Shown here in pieces: positions 46,956-59,540 of a stretch of DNA of 64,000 bases. Location: positions 172,794,001-172,858,000 of the forward strand of contig OY740781.1 in assembly GCA_963514005.1 (NCBI GenBank). The letters run 5' to 3'. Positions within the stretch are counted from its first letter, which is position 1. The number at the start of each line of letters is the position of its first letter. The notes beneath the pieces were generated by a model. That model worked only from the letters and a program-made list of their open reading frames with translations. It was not told the DNA's origin and made no database searches. The translations under genes and the position numbers were made by a program. Source of the stretch: Raja brachyura. Its lineage: Eukaryota.

Positions 46956-47566
46956 AGACAATAGACAATAGGTGCAGGAGTAGGCCATTCAGTCCTACAA
47001 GCCAGAATCGCCATTCAATGTGATAATGGCTGACCATCCCCAATCAGTACCCCATTCCTGCCTTCTCCCCATATCCCCTGACTCCTCTACCTTTAAGAGC
47101 CCTATCGAGCTCTGTCTTGAAAGTATCCAGAGAACCGGCCTCCACCTCCCTCTGAGGCAGAGAAATCCACACACTCAACTCTCTGTGAGAAAAAGTGTTT
47201 CCTCGTCTCCGTTCTAATTGGCTTACCCCTTATTCTTAAACTGTGGCCCCTGGTTCTGGACTCCCCCAACATCAGGAACATGTTTCCTGCCTCTAGCTTG
47301 TCCAAACCCTTAATAATCTTATATGCTTCAATAAGATCCCCTCTCATCCTTCTAAACTCCAGAGTATACAAGCCTAGCCGCTCCATTTTCTCGCATATGA
47401 CAGTCCCGCCATCCCGGGAATTAACCTTGTAAACCTACGCTGCACTCCCTCAATAGCAAGAATGTCCTTCCTCAAATTAGGGGACCAAAACTGCACACAA
47501 TACTCCAGGTGTGGTCTCACTAGGGCCCTATACAACTGCTGAAGGACCTCTTTGTTCCTATACTCA
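46956..47566 (-). mobile_element. CR1 3' fragment
   Basis: ORFs 47374-47580 and 47102-47386 ([19 protein letters not shown]...SRTRGHSL); (acaatag)n tail. Confidence 0.92.
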
Positions 47567-50500
47567 ACATGTTGAAGCATGCCTTTGAATTTACTCTATT
47601 CTCTCTTGCTGTGACAGGCATTGGCGTAGGATACATTTTTGGGGGGAGTCTCGTATCTGACATACAAATAGTGTGGCATTAAAGCTAGTGTTTTTGGAAC
47701 CTGAATGCTGACTGGAAACAGGTGCTGACATTGACATTATCACGCTAGTGAACTGGAGGATTTTACAGAGATCGTGCTGGTGGTACCTTTCCAGGGCTGT
47801 AAGGTGCAACCATAGATATCCATGTCTTTGAAGCATGCGAGCGGGTGAAAACACAGCTGTCCGACAGCCATGAGTTTTCAACTAGAAACTTTATCAAACT
47901 TTGAGGGATAAGTAAAACACCTCCACAGATATCTTAAGACTGAGATTGCAACGAAACGGCCGTGACATTAAGAATACATGATTGGTGAAAGGCGTGCAGG
48001 AGATCCAGCAATGAAGGTGATGAACACGTGTTCATTCTTCAGAGCTGTCGAGATCATCCATAATCCAATTAACCACTCTGCTCAGAAGCGAGACTCCAGG
48101 CGAACTTATCAAGAAGAGAGAAACAATCAATGTCCACTGGAGGGGGCACTATGAAACATTCTTCAACTAGCATTCTGCCCTTCTCCAGAGTACACCATCC
48201 AGTCCGCTCTTCCATCATGCCGACTACCATGAGGTTACAATGGCTGTATGTCAACTGGTCTCTGGAGGAGATGGTGTTGCCCCTGAAGTTCTAAAAGTTG
48301 GTCGAGAGAAACTTCAGGCACATCATCAGACACATCTGATCAAAATGGAGGTTGTAACTCTGATCATTTTAAAGAAACAATACAAATATCTTTGTGGGAA
48401 CAACAGAAGATGATAGTTGAAAGAAATGGGTCATTTTCAGACTGGAAATATATTTATAGGTGGCGTGCCTCATAGATCGGTTCTTGCACCTCAATTATTT
48501 TATTGACTCGAAGAAGCAAGCAGAGCTTGAGGTACATTCATTTGCTGATACCACAAAAATAGGTGAGAGGGCATGTTGTGAGGATGTTTGGATTCCACAG
48601 TCCACTAAAGATAGGTTGAGCTAGTAGGTGAAAAATGGAGTTTAATGTATGAAAGTGTGAGGACATGCACTTCAGTCAGAGAAATCATTAAAGAAGAGTA
48701 CAAATGGAGAGTGACTACAAAAGAGTGGAGTACAGAGTGCTCTTGGTGGTTTTGTGCGACTCAAAGCTAATTGTACAGGGTGTTGGTGAAACCAGTTAGA
48801 GAGTATGGCATATTCAAAGGATTGCTGCACTGCCTATCCTGTCTGCCAAGTTTGTATAGCAGTCAGTGATACCCTCTCTGCTTTCTGATGCCTAGGGTGT
48901 GGGTAACCAGATCTTGAAACATGCTAACTAGATAATATTTGGCTTCATCTTCACTAATTTTACCTTCAGCCTCTCTATATTGATACCAGATTTTTCTCAA
49001 CATCCACCCATTTAGGTAATCAGTTATAGCTGGCCATCAAATTAATTGCTCACAGCTTGTTTACTTTTGACTATAGGTATAGTAGATACAACTTTTGTTG
49101 GGGTTAAAGTTACATTTCTAAATTAAATTCTAAATTCAGAACCAAATTAAATATCATAAAGAGATTCATTCACCAATTTCCAGGCCAACAAATTTCTGAT
49201 ATTTGTACACAGTTCAAGTTGCATTCCTTCCAGGTGCACTCTATGCATCTGCTCGCTTTTATTGGTGCATTTGTATTTATATTTCATAGATATTTTAAAA
49301 CTATGAGCTTTGCTGGTATTTTTGAAAAAGTAATGCTTGGACCTTTAAAAAAATTTAAAACACTTATTTAAAAAAAAAGATATGTTAAAATGTTTAAAAT
49401 TAAGTAAGGAAAAGCTTAACTTATCTTTAGCCTCCTAATCTCCAGACTGCAAGTCCCCATTCAACTGAACAGTCCTCTGCCGGATCTTGCTGAAATAAGA
49501 TTGGAGAGGCAGATTTCTGACCCCAATGCAGAATAACACAGTGCCAGCAGACTCTGTTACTGGTCTTCATGCAGAGTCTACAAGTCTTCCTGATGTGTGA
49601 CTTTAGGAGCAGACATTTCCATAACTGTTTTAATTTCGTTACCCCAACCAGTTCATCGCTCTGCCAGAGAACAAACTCCAGTGGTGCCAGAGGTTTGTGT
49701 GGAAGCGGGACATCATTACATGATCAGGATCTTTACAGTTACAGCCAAGTTAAGATTTGAAGAGTTGTGTGTGGATCAGGTGACTACATCTGCAATGTCA
49801 TGTTCAGGATTGCTCTCATAATTCACGACAGGTCGAAGCTAGACTATTGAGTCAGAGAGGTCAGAAACAACCTGTTGTTCAGTAGGATGTGGATGGAATG
49901 GACAGATGACGTTTTGGGTCAGGACCCTTCCTCAGAGCCTGAATAAAAATCATAATCTGAAACATAGTTGTTTAATTCACTGCTGATGTTGCCTGACCTG
50001 CAGGTTTGTGCCAGAACTTTATTTTCCACTCAGGATTTTAACATCTGCAGTCTCTTGTGTGTCCTGACTATTGTATCGATGTATTTGCCCCAGACTTTCT
50101 TCTACAATTCTTAAGTGTTGTAGAGGAGAAGATGCTGGGTTTGTGTGCAGAGGAGTTTTGGAAGTACATGCATCATGTTGTGAATCCAACAAAAAAATGG
50201 AATGGTGGGGGTGGGGGGTGGCACCCACCAGCTATTGCACTGAAACCCACATCCTGCATCTATGACCAGGATCTCTGGCTTTATCTCTGGGATTTACTTG
50301 TGCAAATATGATGTGATTTTGTGATCTTGCATCTTTCTAAAAATCCTGACATTAGCGTACTTCCAGAGTAGTCACAAATATATAGATACTGGAATCTGAA
50401 ATAAAGGGAGTAAATGCTGGAAATATTCAGCCGGTTGGGCAGCAGCTGTGAGTAGGAAAACGGAGTTCATGTGTTTACTCGAGGACTCTTCATCAGAAAC

Positions 50501-50748
50501 AGCTCAACCCGAAACATTCGGATGTTGCCAAACCAAATGAACATTTACTGCATTTTTAGTTTCTATTTCTGAAGTGCATTTACAGCCGCAAGGTCAGAAA
50601 TGTGACGATCGCATTGCTATCACACAAAAACAATGTGATATTGAGTAGTTATATGGTTTATGTTGATAGGGGAAATATTGTACAAGAGACAAAAGATAAC
50701 ATCCTACCCTTGGGTTTTCATTTATTTTCCATATATTAATCTACTAAA

Positions 50749-51037
50749 AGGGTGGTCATGGTGGTGCAGCGGTAGAGTTGCTGCCTTACAGCGAATGCCA
50801 CGCCGGAGACCCAAGTTCGAGACTGACCATGGCTTGTTTGTACGTTCTCCCCTTGGTCTGCGTGGGTTTTCTCTGATATCTTCGGTTTCTTCCCACACTT
50901 CAAAGACGTACAGATTTGTAGGTTAATTGGCTTGGTAAATGTAAACATTGTCCCTAGGTTAGTGGGTGTAGGTTAGTGTTAATGTGCGGGGATCGCTGGT
51001 TGAAGGCCTGTTTCCACGCTGTATCTCTAAAAACTAA
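50749..51037 (+). mobile_element. HE1-like tRNA-derived SINE
   Basis: Box A tggtgcagcggt, box B gttcgagact, central cgtgggttttct...ttcttcccacac, CR1-derived tail gcctgtttccacgctgtatctcta. Confidence 0.85.
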
Positions 51038-51077
51038 AACTACAGGAGGATCAAATTGTAGATTAAATATCTTTATC

Positions 51078-51324
51078 TTTACACAGAGAGTGGTGAGTCT
51101 CTGGAATTCTCTGCCACAGAAGGTAGTTGAGGCCAGTTCATTGGCTATATTTAAGAGGGCGTTAGATGTGGCACTTGTGGCTAAAGGGATCAGGGGGTAT
51201 GGAGAGAAGGCAGGTACGGGATACTGAGTTGGATGATCAGCCATGATCACATTGAATGGCGGTGCAGGCTCGAAGGGCCGAATGGCCTACTCCTGCACCT
51301 ATTTTCTATGTTTCTATGTTTCTA
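51078..51324 (+). mobile_element. CR1 3' fragment
   Basis: FTQRVVSLWNSLPQKVVEA...AGTGY and (tttctatg)n tail. Confidence 0.9.
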
Positions 51325-51409
51325 AACGAGCAGCAATGAAGTGCAATGAGATGTTCGCCCCTTGTGAAATTAAGTTCCATTGACTTCTGAAAGTGCAGTA
51401 CAATAAACA

Positions 51410-52305
51410 AATTTATGTTTGCAGATGACCGTAAAGTATGTGGCATCATAGATAGTGAAGATGGTTTTCCAAAAATTACAGCAAGATCTTGAGCAGTGGG
51501 CTGAGGATTGGCAAACAGAGTTTAATTAAATAAGTACAAGGTAATGCATTTTGAGAATTCAAAGCAGGGCAGGACCTTCACAGTGAATGGTGGGGTTCTG
51601 TTGTAAATCAGAGGGATCTTGGAGTCCATCGTTTCCTGAAAGGTGGTGTCACAGGTAGATAAAATGGTAAAGAAGGCTTTCAATATATGGGCCTTCATCA
51701 GTTAGGGATTCAGTATAGAAGTTGGGATGTTATGTTACGGTTGTATAATAACACATTGGTGGGGCTGCATTTGAAGTATTGTGTTCAGTTTTGGTCACCC
51801 CGTTACAGGAAGGATGTCATTAAACAGGAAAGAGTACAGAGAAGGTTTACAAGGATGTTGCCAGACGTGAGAGCCTGAGCCACAGGGAGAGGTCAGGCAG
51901 GCAACTAGGGCTTTGTTCCTTGGAATACAGGAGGATGAGTGGTGATCCTACAGAGGTGTATAAATTCATGAGAGGAATCGATAGGGTCCTTTACCCCGAG
52001 TTGGGGAATCAAGAACCAGAGGACATAGCTTTAAGGTGAGAGGGGAAAGATTTAATAAGTATCTGAGGGGACAACTTTTTCAAAGGGTGGTACCTTCACC
52101 AGAGGGTGGCAGATGCATAGAACAAGCTGCCAGATAAGGTAGTTGAGGCAGGTACTTTTACAACATTGAAAAGTTATTTGGACAGGTACATTGATAGAAA
52201 AAAGAGATAGAGGCCAAACATGGGCAATCAGGACTAGCGTGGATGGGGCATTATGTCTGGTGTTGACACTGGGCCAAAGGGCCTGTTTTGGTACTGTATA
52301 ACTCT
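51410..52305 (+). mobile_element. Older CR1 RT/3' fragment
   Basis: FADD (tttgcagatgac), [16 protein letters not shown] and 3'UTR. Confidence 0.8.
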
Positions 52306-52593
52306 ACTCAGTTGCTTCCATATTGCCCTTCAGGAATGCAACCGATGATACATTTCGGCCACTACACTTCCAAATTACAACGTCCTACATAGGGAACTGA
52401 AGCATCAGCCTAAATTTTATTGTTCAACTTTGTAAAATGGGAATTGGACATATAACCATCGGTCGCAGAACAACAAACAATTTGCTGAAGGAAATCAATA
52501 GATCAAGCGGCATTTATGGGGGCAAAGGCATTTTAGCGTTTCAGATGGAAACCCTGCAATAGAACCTCAGCCTCAGAGCCTCAGCCCAAGTTA

Positions 52594-52882
52594 TGAGTCT
52601 GTCCTACTTAGGTGATTTTTTTTAGGTGACTACCTAAATGTTCGCCGGTGGTCGCCGGGAGCAGTCTCCTCAGTCGCGCAAAAAGTTGTAGCGTCTTTCT
52701 GGTTGCCGCTAAATTTTCAACATGTTGAAACATTTTCGACGACAATGAGCATAGCTTGACTTCTCCTGACTTGGGTGCTGTCGTACGTTGTCACCAGGAT
52801 GACATAGGTTTTTCGGCGACCTGCTACGACTGTGACAGTCGCCGGCAGTTGCCTAAAAAAATCGCCAAGTGGGACAGGCCCA
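52594..52882. mobile_element. Harbinger-type MITE (289 bp)
   Basis: TIRs tgagtctgtcctacttaggtgatttttttt / aaaaaaatcgccaagtgggacaggccca; TTA and TAA flanks. Confidence 0.8.
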
Positions 52883-54398
52883 TAAATACCTTTTAGGTTT
52901 TGTTTGATAAACTAAATTATTTTAAACTGTAAACATAGTTCTTTGCCTGAAATGATTAAGAATTTCCATCCATCCAAACATATTCACAAACAAACATCTA
53001 TCCTGGCCTGCTCTGCATCTTAAACAGTTTTTGTTTTTATTAAACATTTGCAGCAGATGAAAGTATTTTGATTTATTTAAATTAAAATACCTTCCACTGA
53101 AAGTAAACGCATGAGAAAGATCTTCACAAAATTTGATGATAATAACAAATTGCTTTGTAAATAAATATTTAATAAGTATTTTTGAACATTAACTTGTTGC
53201 AAAATGTTAGGAATGATCTTGATTTGTCAGATGCTAACCCGCAAGCATTTAGTCCCCCTTAATTGACACATCTTTAAGTGGTTTTACAAGGGTGTTTGGA
53301 TATTGGTTCCATGTCCAATGTCTATGCAACCCGAAAGATTGACGTGAAATTGACCAATGTATAATTGAGATTTATATGAGATATCAGTTTCAAGCTGCCA
53401 AAATATGTTTGAAATAATAGTCATCAAAGCTCATCAGTTGCTCACATTTTATAGATTGGAAAGGTTTGACGTAGCAGTTGGTATTTTTCAATCAGCTACT
53501 GAGACTCACTCCTTCCACTCTATGTAAATGTGCGTGAAGCTCTGTGCTTCCCAACACTTAGCAATGTGAATGAGTTGGATAAACATGACTCACTATCCAA
53601 ATTGATTTTGTGAGTTAAATCATTCTTAACTCACAGACATGTGCCCACTAATATGTGCCTCGGTAACTTAGACTCATGCAGCCTCTATGCCAACTTTGAC
53701 AAATCACTTCCTTACACCATAGTGTTCCATTTGGAGTTGAAATATTTAATACATTGACTCATTGCAACAGAGTGCATTTATATCAATAAACATTCTATAG
53801 CTGAATGGTTTTATTTTGTATCAATCTCTTTAAAAGCAATTTGGTAGCTTTTCATGAAGATTTTGTGAAGCCCTTTCTCTCATGTTATCAGTGGGAAGGT
53901 ATCTGTACTAAAAAAAAACCTAATTCAAAATACTTGTAAATCTTAAATGAAAATGAAAATACAAAATGTTTAAAATACGTAGCAGGCCAGTATACATGTT
54001 TCTTTTATTCATCTATGGGATGAGAGTTTTACTGAAATTTATTGTCCGTCTGTGATGAACTTAAAAAGGTGGTGATGAGGTGCCTTCTTAAATTATTGTA
54101 ATTCCTGTAGTGAAGGTACTTCCACATGCTCTTGTGATGTAAGATTCTGGCCCAGCTTTGATAAAGGAACAATGGTCTATTTTCAAGTCATAACAGTGTA
54201 TGACTTGCAGGGGAAGGTACAAGATGGTGTTTTGATATGCTTACTAACCTTGGCCAGGTGGTGGATGTCACAGGGAGATCTGCCAAAGTCTTGGCAAGTA
54301 GCAGAAGTCAATTTCATTGATGGCACATATTGTAGCCATGGTCTACCTCTGGCAAATGAACTGGATATACATGTATAAATGGGCATCTGTCAGTCTAC

Positions 54399-54629
54399 AT
54401 GTAAGAAGGAACTGCAGATGTTGGTTTAAATTGGATAGACTCAAAATGCTGGAGTAACTCAGCGGGACAGGCAGCATCTCTGGAGAGAAAGAATGGGTGC
54501 CGTTTCGGGTCGATACCCTTCTTCCGACTTCTTCCGACTGAAGAAGGGTCTTGACTCGAAACATCACCCATTCCTTCTCTCCAGAGATACTGCCTGTCCC
54601 GCTGAGTTACTCCAGCATTTTGTGTCTGC
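54399..54629. mobile_element. Palindromic PLE insertion with hammerhead motif
   Basis: Inverted arms; imperfect TSD catctgtcagtctac (54384-54398) / catctatcagtcaac (54630-54644); CUGAAGA at 54538. Confidence 0.85.
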
Positions 54630-55824
54630 CATCTATCAGTCAACTTTGTCTTTGATAGTATTAGGCTTCATGATTGCTGTTGGAGTTGCTTACATCATGA
54701 TCTTGTGCCTTTTGGGTAATGAGAAGATTTTGAGTAGTCAGGAGGTTGGTCGCTCACCACAAAGTTCTAGCAAGGGCATACGTATTGCTGGATCAGGTAA
54801 GTTTCCATTCAATGATGATCACTGAGATATTGGTGATAAGACTGCAACAAAGCACAAAGGTGGCCTACCACCCTACTCTAAGGAACATTTAGAGACAGAC
54901 AAACCTTGGCAGAAAAAGGCAGAAAACCTTGTATTTAAATAGTACTTAGATGCATGCACGAAGGAAATAAATATGAGTAAGCCATCTGGTTATCCAAGCC
55001 TGCTCTGCCATTCACAAAGATCATGGCTGATCTTCCATCTCTGTTCCATGTTCCTGTACTTTCTTCTTCAGTATATTAAAATCCATAAATCACTGTTTGG
55101 AATTAAATCAATGACCAAGATCCATAGCCATCCAGGGTAGAGAATTCCAAATTCGCCAGTGTCTGTGTGAAGAGATTTCTCGTTATCTTCATTCTAAACA
55201 ATCTCTAAACTGAGCCTGTGGCCCCTGTCTTATAGACTCCTCAGACAGAGCCTGTCAGACATGGTAAGAATTTTGTAATTATCAGAGAGAACTCCTCTTG
55301 TTCTTCTAAGATCAAGAGATTACAAGTCCAGGCTTATCAACTGCTCCTCACACAGCCTCATGCAGCATACCTACCATCCCTGGAACCAGTCTAGCGAATC
55401 TGTGCTACGCTCCCACCATACTGAGTGCTTGTTTTTCGAGGCAAGAAGAACACAAATGCCCACAAATCTCCAGGCAGAGTCTCACCGAAGCCGTGTACAA
55501 TTGCAGTAAGATATCAGTATTCATATTCTCCTATTTTAAAGCCCGATACATCAACTGCAATATAATTGCTTGTTCCTCTTGCAAATGACTTTTGCGCACG
55601 CACAACATGAGCCTTTCAACATCATTACTGCCCAGCCTCTCATCCTTGATAAATACTCTGCTTTTCTGCTTTGTGCACCAAATGATAAGATCTCACATTT
55701 ATCTGCATGATATTCCATATGCCCATCCACTCTGCTTACCTATAACCTCTTGAAGCTTCTTTATGTCATCCATCCTACTCCTCATTCCACCAGATTTAGC
55801 TCATTCACAAACTTGAAAATACGA

Positions 55825-56253
55825 TGTGCAGGAAAGAACCGCAGATGCTGGTGTACACCGAAGATAAAACACAAAAAGCTTGAGTAACTCTGTGGGTCAG
55901 GCAGCATCTCTGGAAAAAATGAATAGGTGACACTTCGGATCGAGACCCTTCTTCAGACCGAGTGTCAGGGGAGAGGGATCTGAGAGATATGAAAAGGTAA
56001 ATTCATGAAAGATATGCAAAAAGATAGATCAAAGCCAGCAACGTTGATCAAAGAAAGGTGGAGCCCACAATGGTCCATTGTTGGCTGTGGGGAAGGTGAT
56101 AACAAGTTATACAAAGAGTGAAACGCAGCAGGACGACAGTGAAACTTGTGTGATGGCTAGGATGGGGGAGGGACAGAGAGACAGGGGATGCAAGAGTTAC
56201 TTGAAGTTAGAGAAATCAAAGTCATACCGCTGGGATGCAAGCTGCACAAGCTT
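55825..56253 (-). mobile_element. PLE 3' end including the GIY-YIG C-terminus (SLHPSGMTLISLTSS / ..FSNFK*-like)
   Basis: Reverse complement gcagcttgcatcccagcggtatgactttgatttctctaacttcaagtaa matches 8461-8510, followed by the pLTR with hammerhead region. Confidence 0.8.
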
Positions 56254-56562
56254 ATAACACTTATATTACAATACAATATGATATTTGATCCCTTCAGTCT
56301 GATCAGTGTGGTACTCCACTGCAACCTGTGATTGATATTTCATTCTATCTCTTTGCTTTCTGACTCATAACGAATTGTCAATCCATATAACTATATTACA
56401 CCCCCCCCCCCCCCCCCACCCCTCCTCCATGTGCATAACCCTGTTGGCCTACTTTGTGTGTAGAACCTTGTCAAAAGTATTCTAAAAATTGAAATACACT
56501 GCATCCAAAGATTCTCCCTTGTCGATTCTACTTCTCTTCATAAATCCATGCTCTCATCAAGG

Positions 56563-56725
56563 TGTGTAAGAAAGAACTGCAGATGCTGGTTTAAATCGAA
56601 GGTTGACACAAAATGCTGGAGTAACTCAAGTCAGAAAAAGGGTCTCGACCCGAAACATCACCCATTCCTTCTCTTCAGAGATGCTGCCTTGTCCCGCTGA
56701 GTTACTCCAGCATTTTGTGTCCACC
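56563..56725. mobile_element. Palindromic PLE insertion (short inverted arm)
   Basis: Same terminus in inverted arrangement; mutated core cagaaaaagggtctcgacccgaaacatc. Confidence 0.8.
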
Positions 56726-57314
56726 TCTTAAGATATTCTGTCATTACATGTCACTATAGATTCCAGCATTTGCTCTATTTTTGCAAATAGGCCAAAGGTT
56801 GGAAGATCCCTATTTTCTTTCTCCCTCCTTTCATAAAAAATAGGGTCACATTTGCTTTGTTGCAATTCACAGGAACAATTCCAGAATCTGTAGAAGCAGC
56901 GACAACATTCACTATCTCTGGCTACCTCTTTCAATACTCTGAGATGTCAGGTCCTTTGGATCTATCATCTTCAAAGCTCATCAACCTTTCTTCTACTATT
57001 TTCATTAGTACCTGTTTCCAACAGTTCCTCCTTCTTACTAGATCCCTGGTTCTTTAATATTTGCAGCTAGTTTTGCTTGTGTATTTGAATAGTTGTAACT
57101 GTAGAGTTGTGGGCCAAGTGTTGAAAGGTGGGCCACTGGACTGGCATAGACACAATTAGTTTGTTGGCCTTCTCTTTGTCATAACTTTTCTGTGATGTGC
57201 TTGAGGATTATCCTGCATCAAAAAATCATTCCTAAACCGGAATTTAAAGTGCTGATCGTAATCCATCCTTGAGTTTATGGTTTATTAATACCAAGGAAAA
57301 TGCAGAAAAAATGA

Positions 57315-57625
57315 GTCCAGTACCAGGGGCCACAGTCTTAAAATAAACGGGAGGTCATTTAAGATTGAGGTGAGAAAAAAACGTTTTCACCCAGAGAGTT
57401 GTGAATTTGTGGAATTCCCTGCCACAGAGGGCAGTGGAGGCCAAATCACTGGATGGATTTAAGAGAGAGATAGATAGAGCTCTAGGGGCTGGTGGAATCA
57501 AGGGATATGGGGAGAAGGCAGGCACGGGTTATTGATTGGGGACGATCGGCCATGATCACAATGAATGGTGGGGCTGGCTTGAAGGGCCGAATGGCTTCCT
57601 CCTGTACCTATATTCTATGTTTCTA
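57315..57625 (+). mobile_element. CR1 3' fragment
   Basis: accaggggccacagtctta...tggaattccctgccacag...ctatgtttcta. Confidence 0.88.
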
Positions 57626-59347
57626 AGCCACTGAGATGTCGGAGGTGTGGGCTCAAATGGGTAAGGATGGGGTAGGCCTGCTCAAAATGCGGAATGACTC
57701 TGTTTTGATGGAGATCATCTGAATTTGAATGGGTTGGGTTTGGTCAGGCAGCATTATGAGGGAGACAGATGCAGTAGAGGATATCATGACTGTTAGAGGC
57801 CTGTGTTTGGTGAATACAGGGTTGAGTAAAATGCCTCCTCATTCCGATGTGCATTTTAAAAACACATTTGTTGGCCATATACTGTAGCAAGGATAGGTTC
57901 AAGGTGTCAAGGTCCATGTCGTTTATTGTCACATGTATCGTTTAAGATACAATGAAATTTGAGTTGCCATACAGCCATACTAAGTGAAAAGCAACAAGAC
58001 ACACAACCACATAAAAATTAACATAAACTTCCACCACAGTGGATTCCACATTCCTCACTGTGATGGAAGCAATAAAGTTCAATCTTCTTCCTCTTTATTG
58101 AGCAAAGTATAAACCTGATTTTCCTAAGTACTGCAGGTTGTGATGGTTAGGGCGAGTGTAATGACCTAGCAGTGGATGTCTCAAACAGGCATAGAATTCC
58201 TAATTGCAAATAAGGTGCCGTCTGTTTCAGGTCCAGGCACTACACCTTGATTTTTGCCTCAGCCTTCATCAACATGTCTGGGTGACCCACATACAGCCTA
58301 TGCTGACTTTGCACTTTCTGCCTGCCAGGTGGGAGGCAGTGCCTAAAGAAGGGCAGTGTACTGCTGATATTCACTCTGCCTCAATTTCATGAGAATTTGT
58401 TTCATAGTTTTCAGCCTCAGCAATACATACTCTCTTCTAATAAGGTTTATATGGTACCAGAAAAAAAAAAAGAAACTTCTATAATTATGGAAATTAGGTG
58501 TAGATACATCAGAAATCGAACCGTTTCTCAGCGAAAGGCTTTTGACTTGCCTTTAAAGGGTGGAGACATGAAAGGTATGCTTACAGATTTCACAAGCCTA
58601 GACTAGAGTACCGGCACTTTCCCCCCCAAGGCCTGAATTTGGGAAAAAATTACCACCCATGCCTAACTGCTGTTGCTCCAGCCTCTGGAATGTGACATGG
58701 GAAGGATTAAATGTAATGAGGGCGTGCAACCATCTCTTCAGATCTAATTTAATATTGATGGACAACGTCAATCAGAAATCCTACAGATAGGCTGTTGGAG
58801 AAATTGGAAAAATTAACACACTACCATTATGGAAATGGCCCTTCTGAAGTTAAATTGAGGAATAACTTTCAAAATATGTTGCCAAATTCTACAATATATT
58901 TTATACCTTACCTGGGGTTGCTTCATGTTCACACTGAAGCAGGGGCCTGAAATTGTCTTCATTGAATAAAAAATACTTTTCAATAAATTTAACAGGATAG
59001 AAGTTCATCCACGTGACATGCATGATATGAGTGCTTGATATTTCGCCCGCAAGTTGTAATCTGAAATTCACTTCTTTTTATTTCAATGCTATTATATCAT
59101 TTAGCAAGATGAAGACGTCTAACTTTGTAAGCCAACTGATAGTAACTGTAAACTGCAGACTATAAATTCCAATGCAAACAGTCTGAATTAATCTGTCATA
59201 TATACAGTTTTATATTGTACTGATAAACAAACTAGCAATCATTTTTTTATAATACGAGTATACAAATGGTTTGTCAACATGTTACTTTATCTTAATGGTT
59301 ACTTGACTGTAATTTTCAAACATTTTAACTAAAAATGTATGAAATGG

Positions 59348-59540
59348 ATGAGGTAGTTGAGGCTGGGACTATCCCAACATTTAAGAAACAGTTAGACAGG
59401 TACATGGATATGACAGCTTTGGGGGGATATGGACAAAGCGCAGGCAGGTGGGACTAGTGTAGCTGGGACGTGTTGGTTGGTGTGGGCAAGTTGGGCCGAA
59501 GGGCCTGTTTCCACACTGTATCACTCTACGACTCTATGTA
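59348..59540 (+). mobile_element. CR1 3'UTR fragment
   Basis: gggccgaagggcctgtttccacactgtatcactctacgactctatg. Confidence 0.75.

Noticed and set aside
50749-50830. tRNA gene, and GLI-like AGGGTGGTC
   Set aside because: This is the tRNA-derived head of a SINE followed by SINE body and tail; the motif is incidental.
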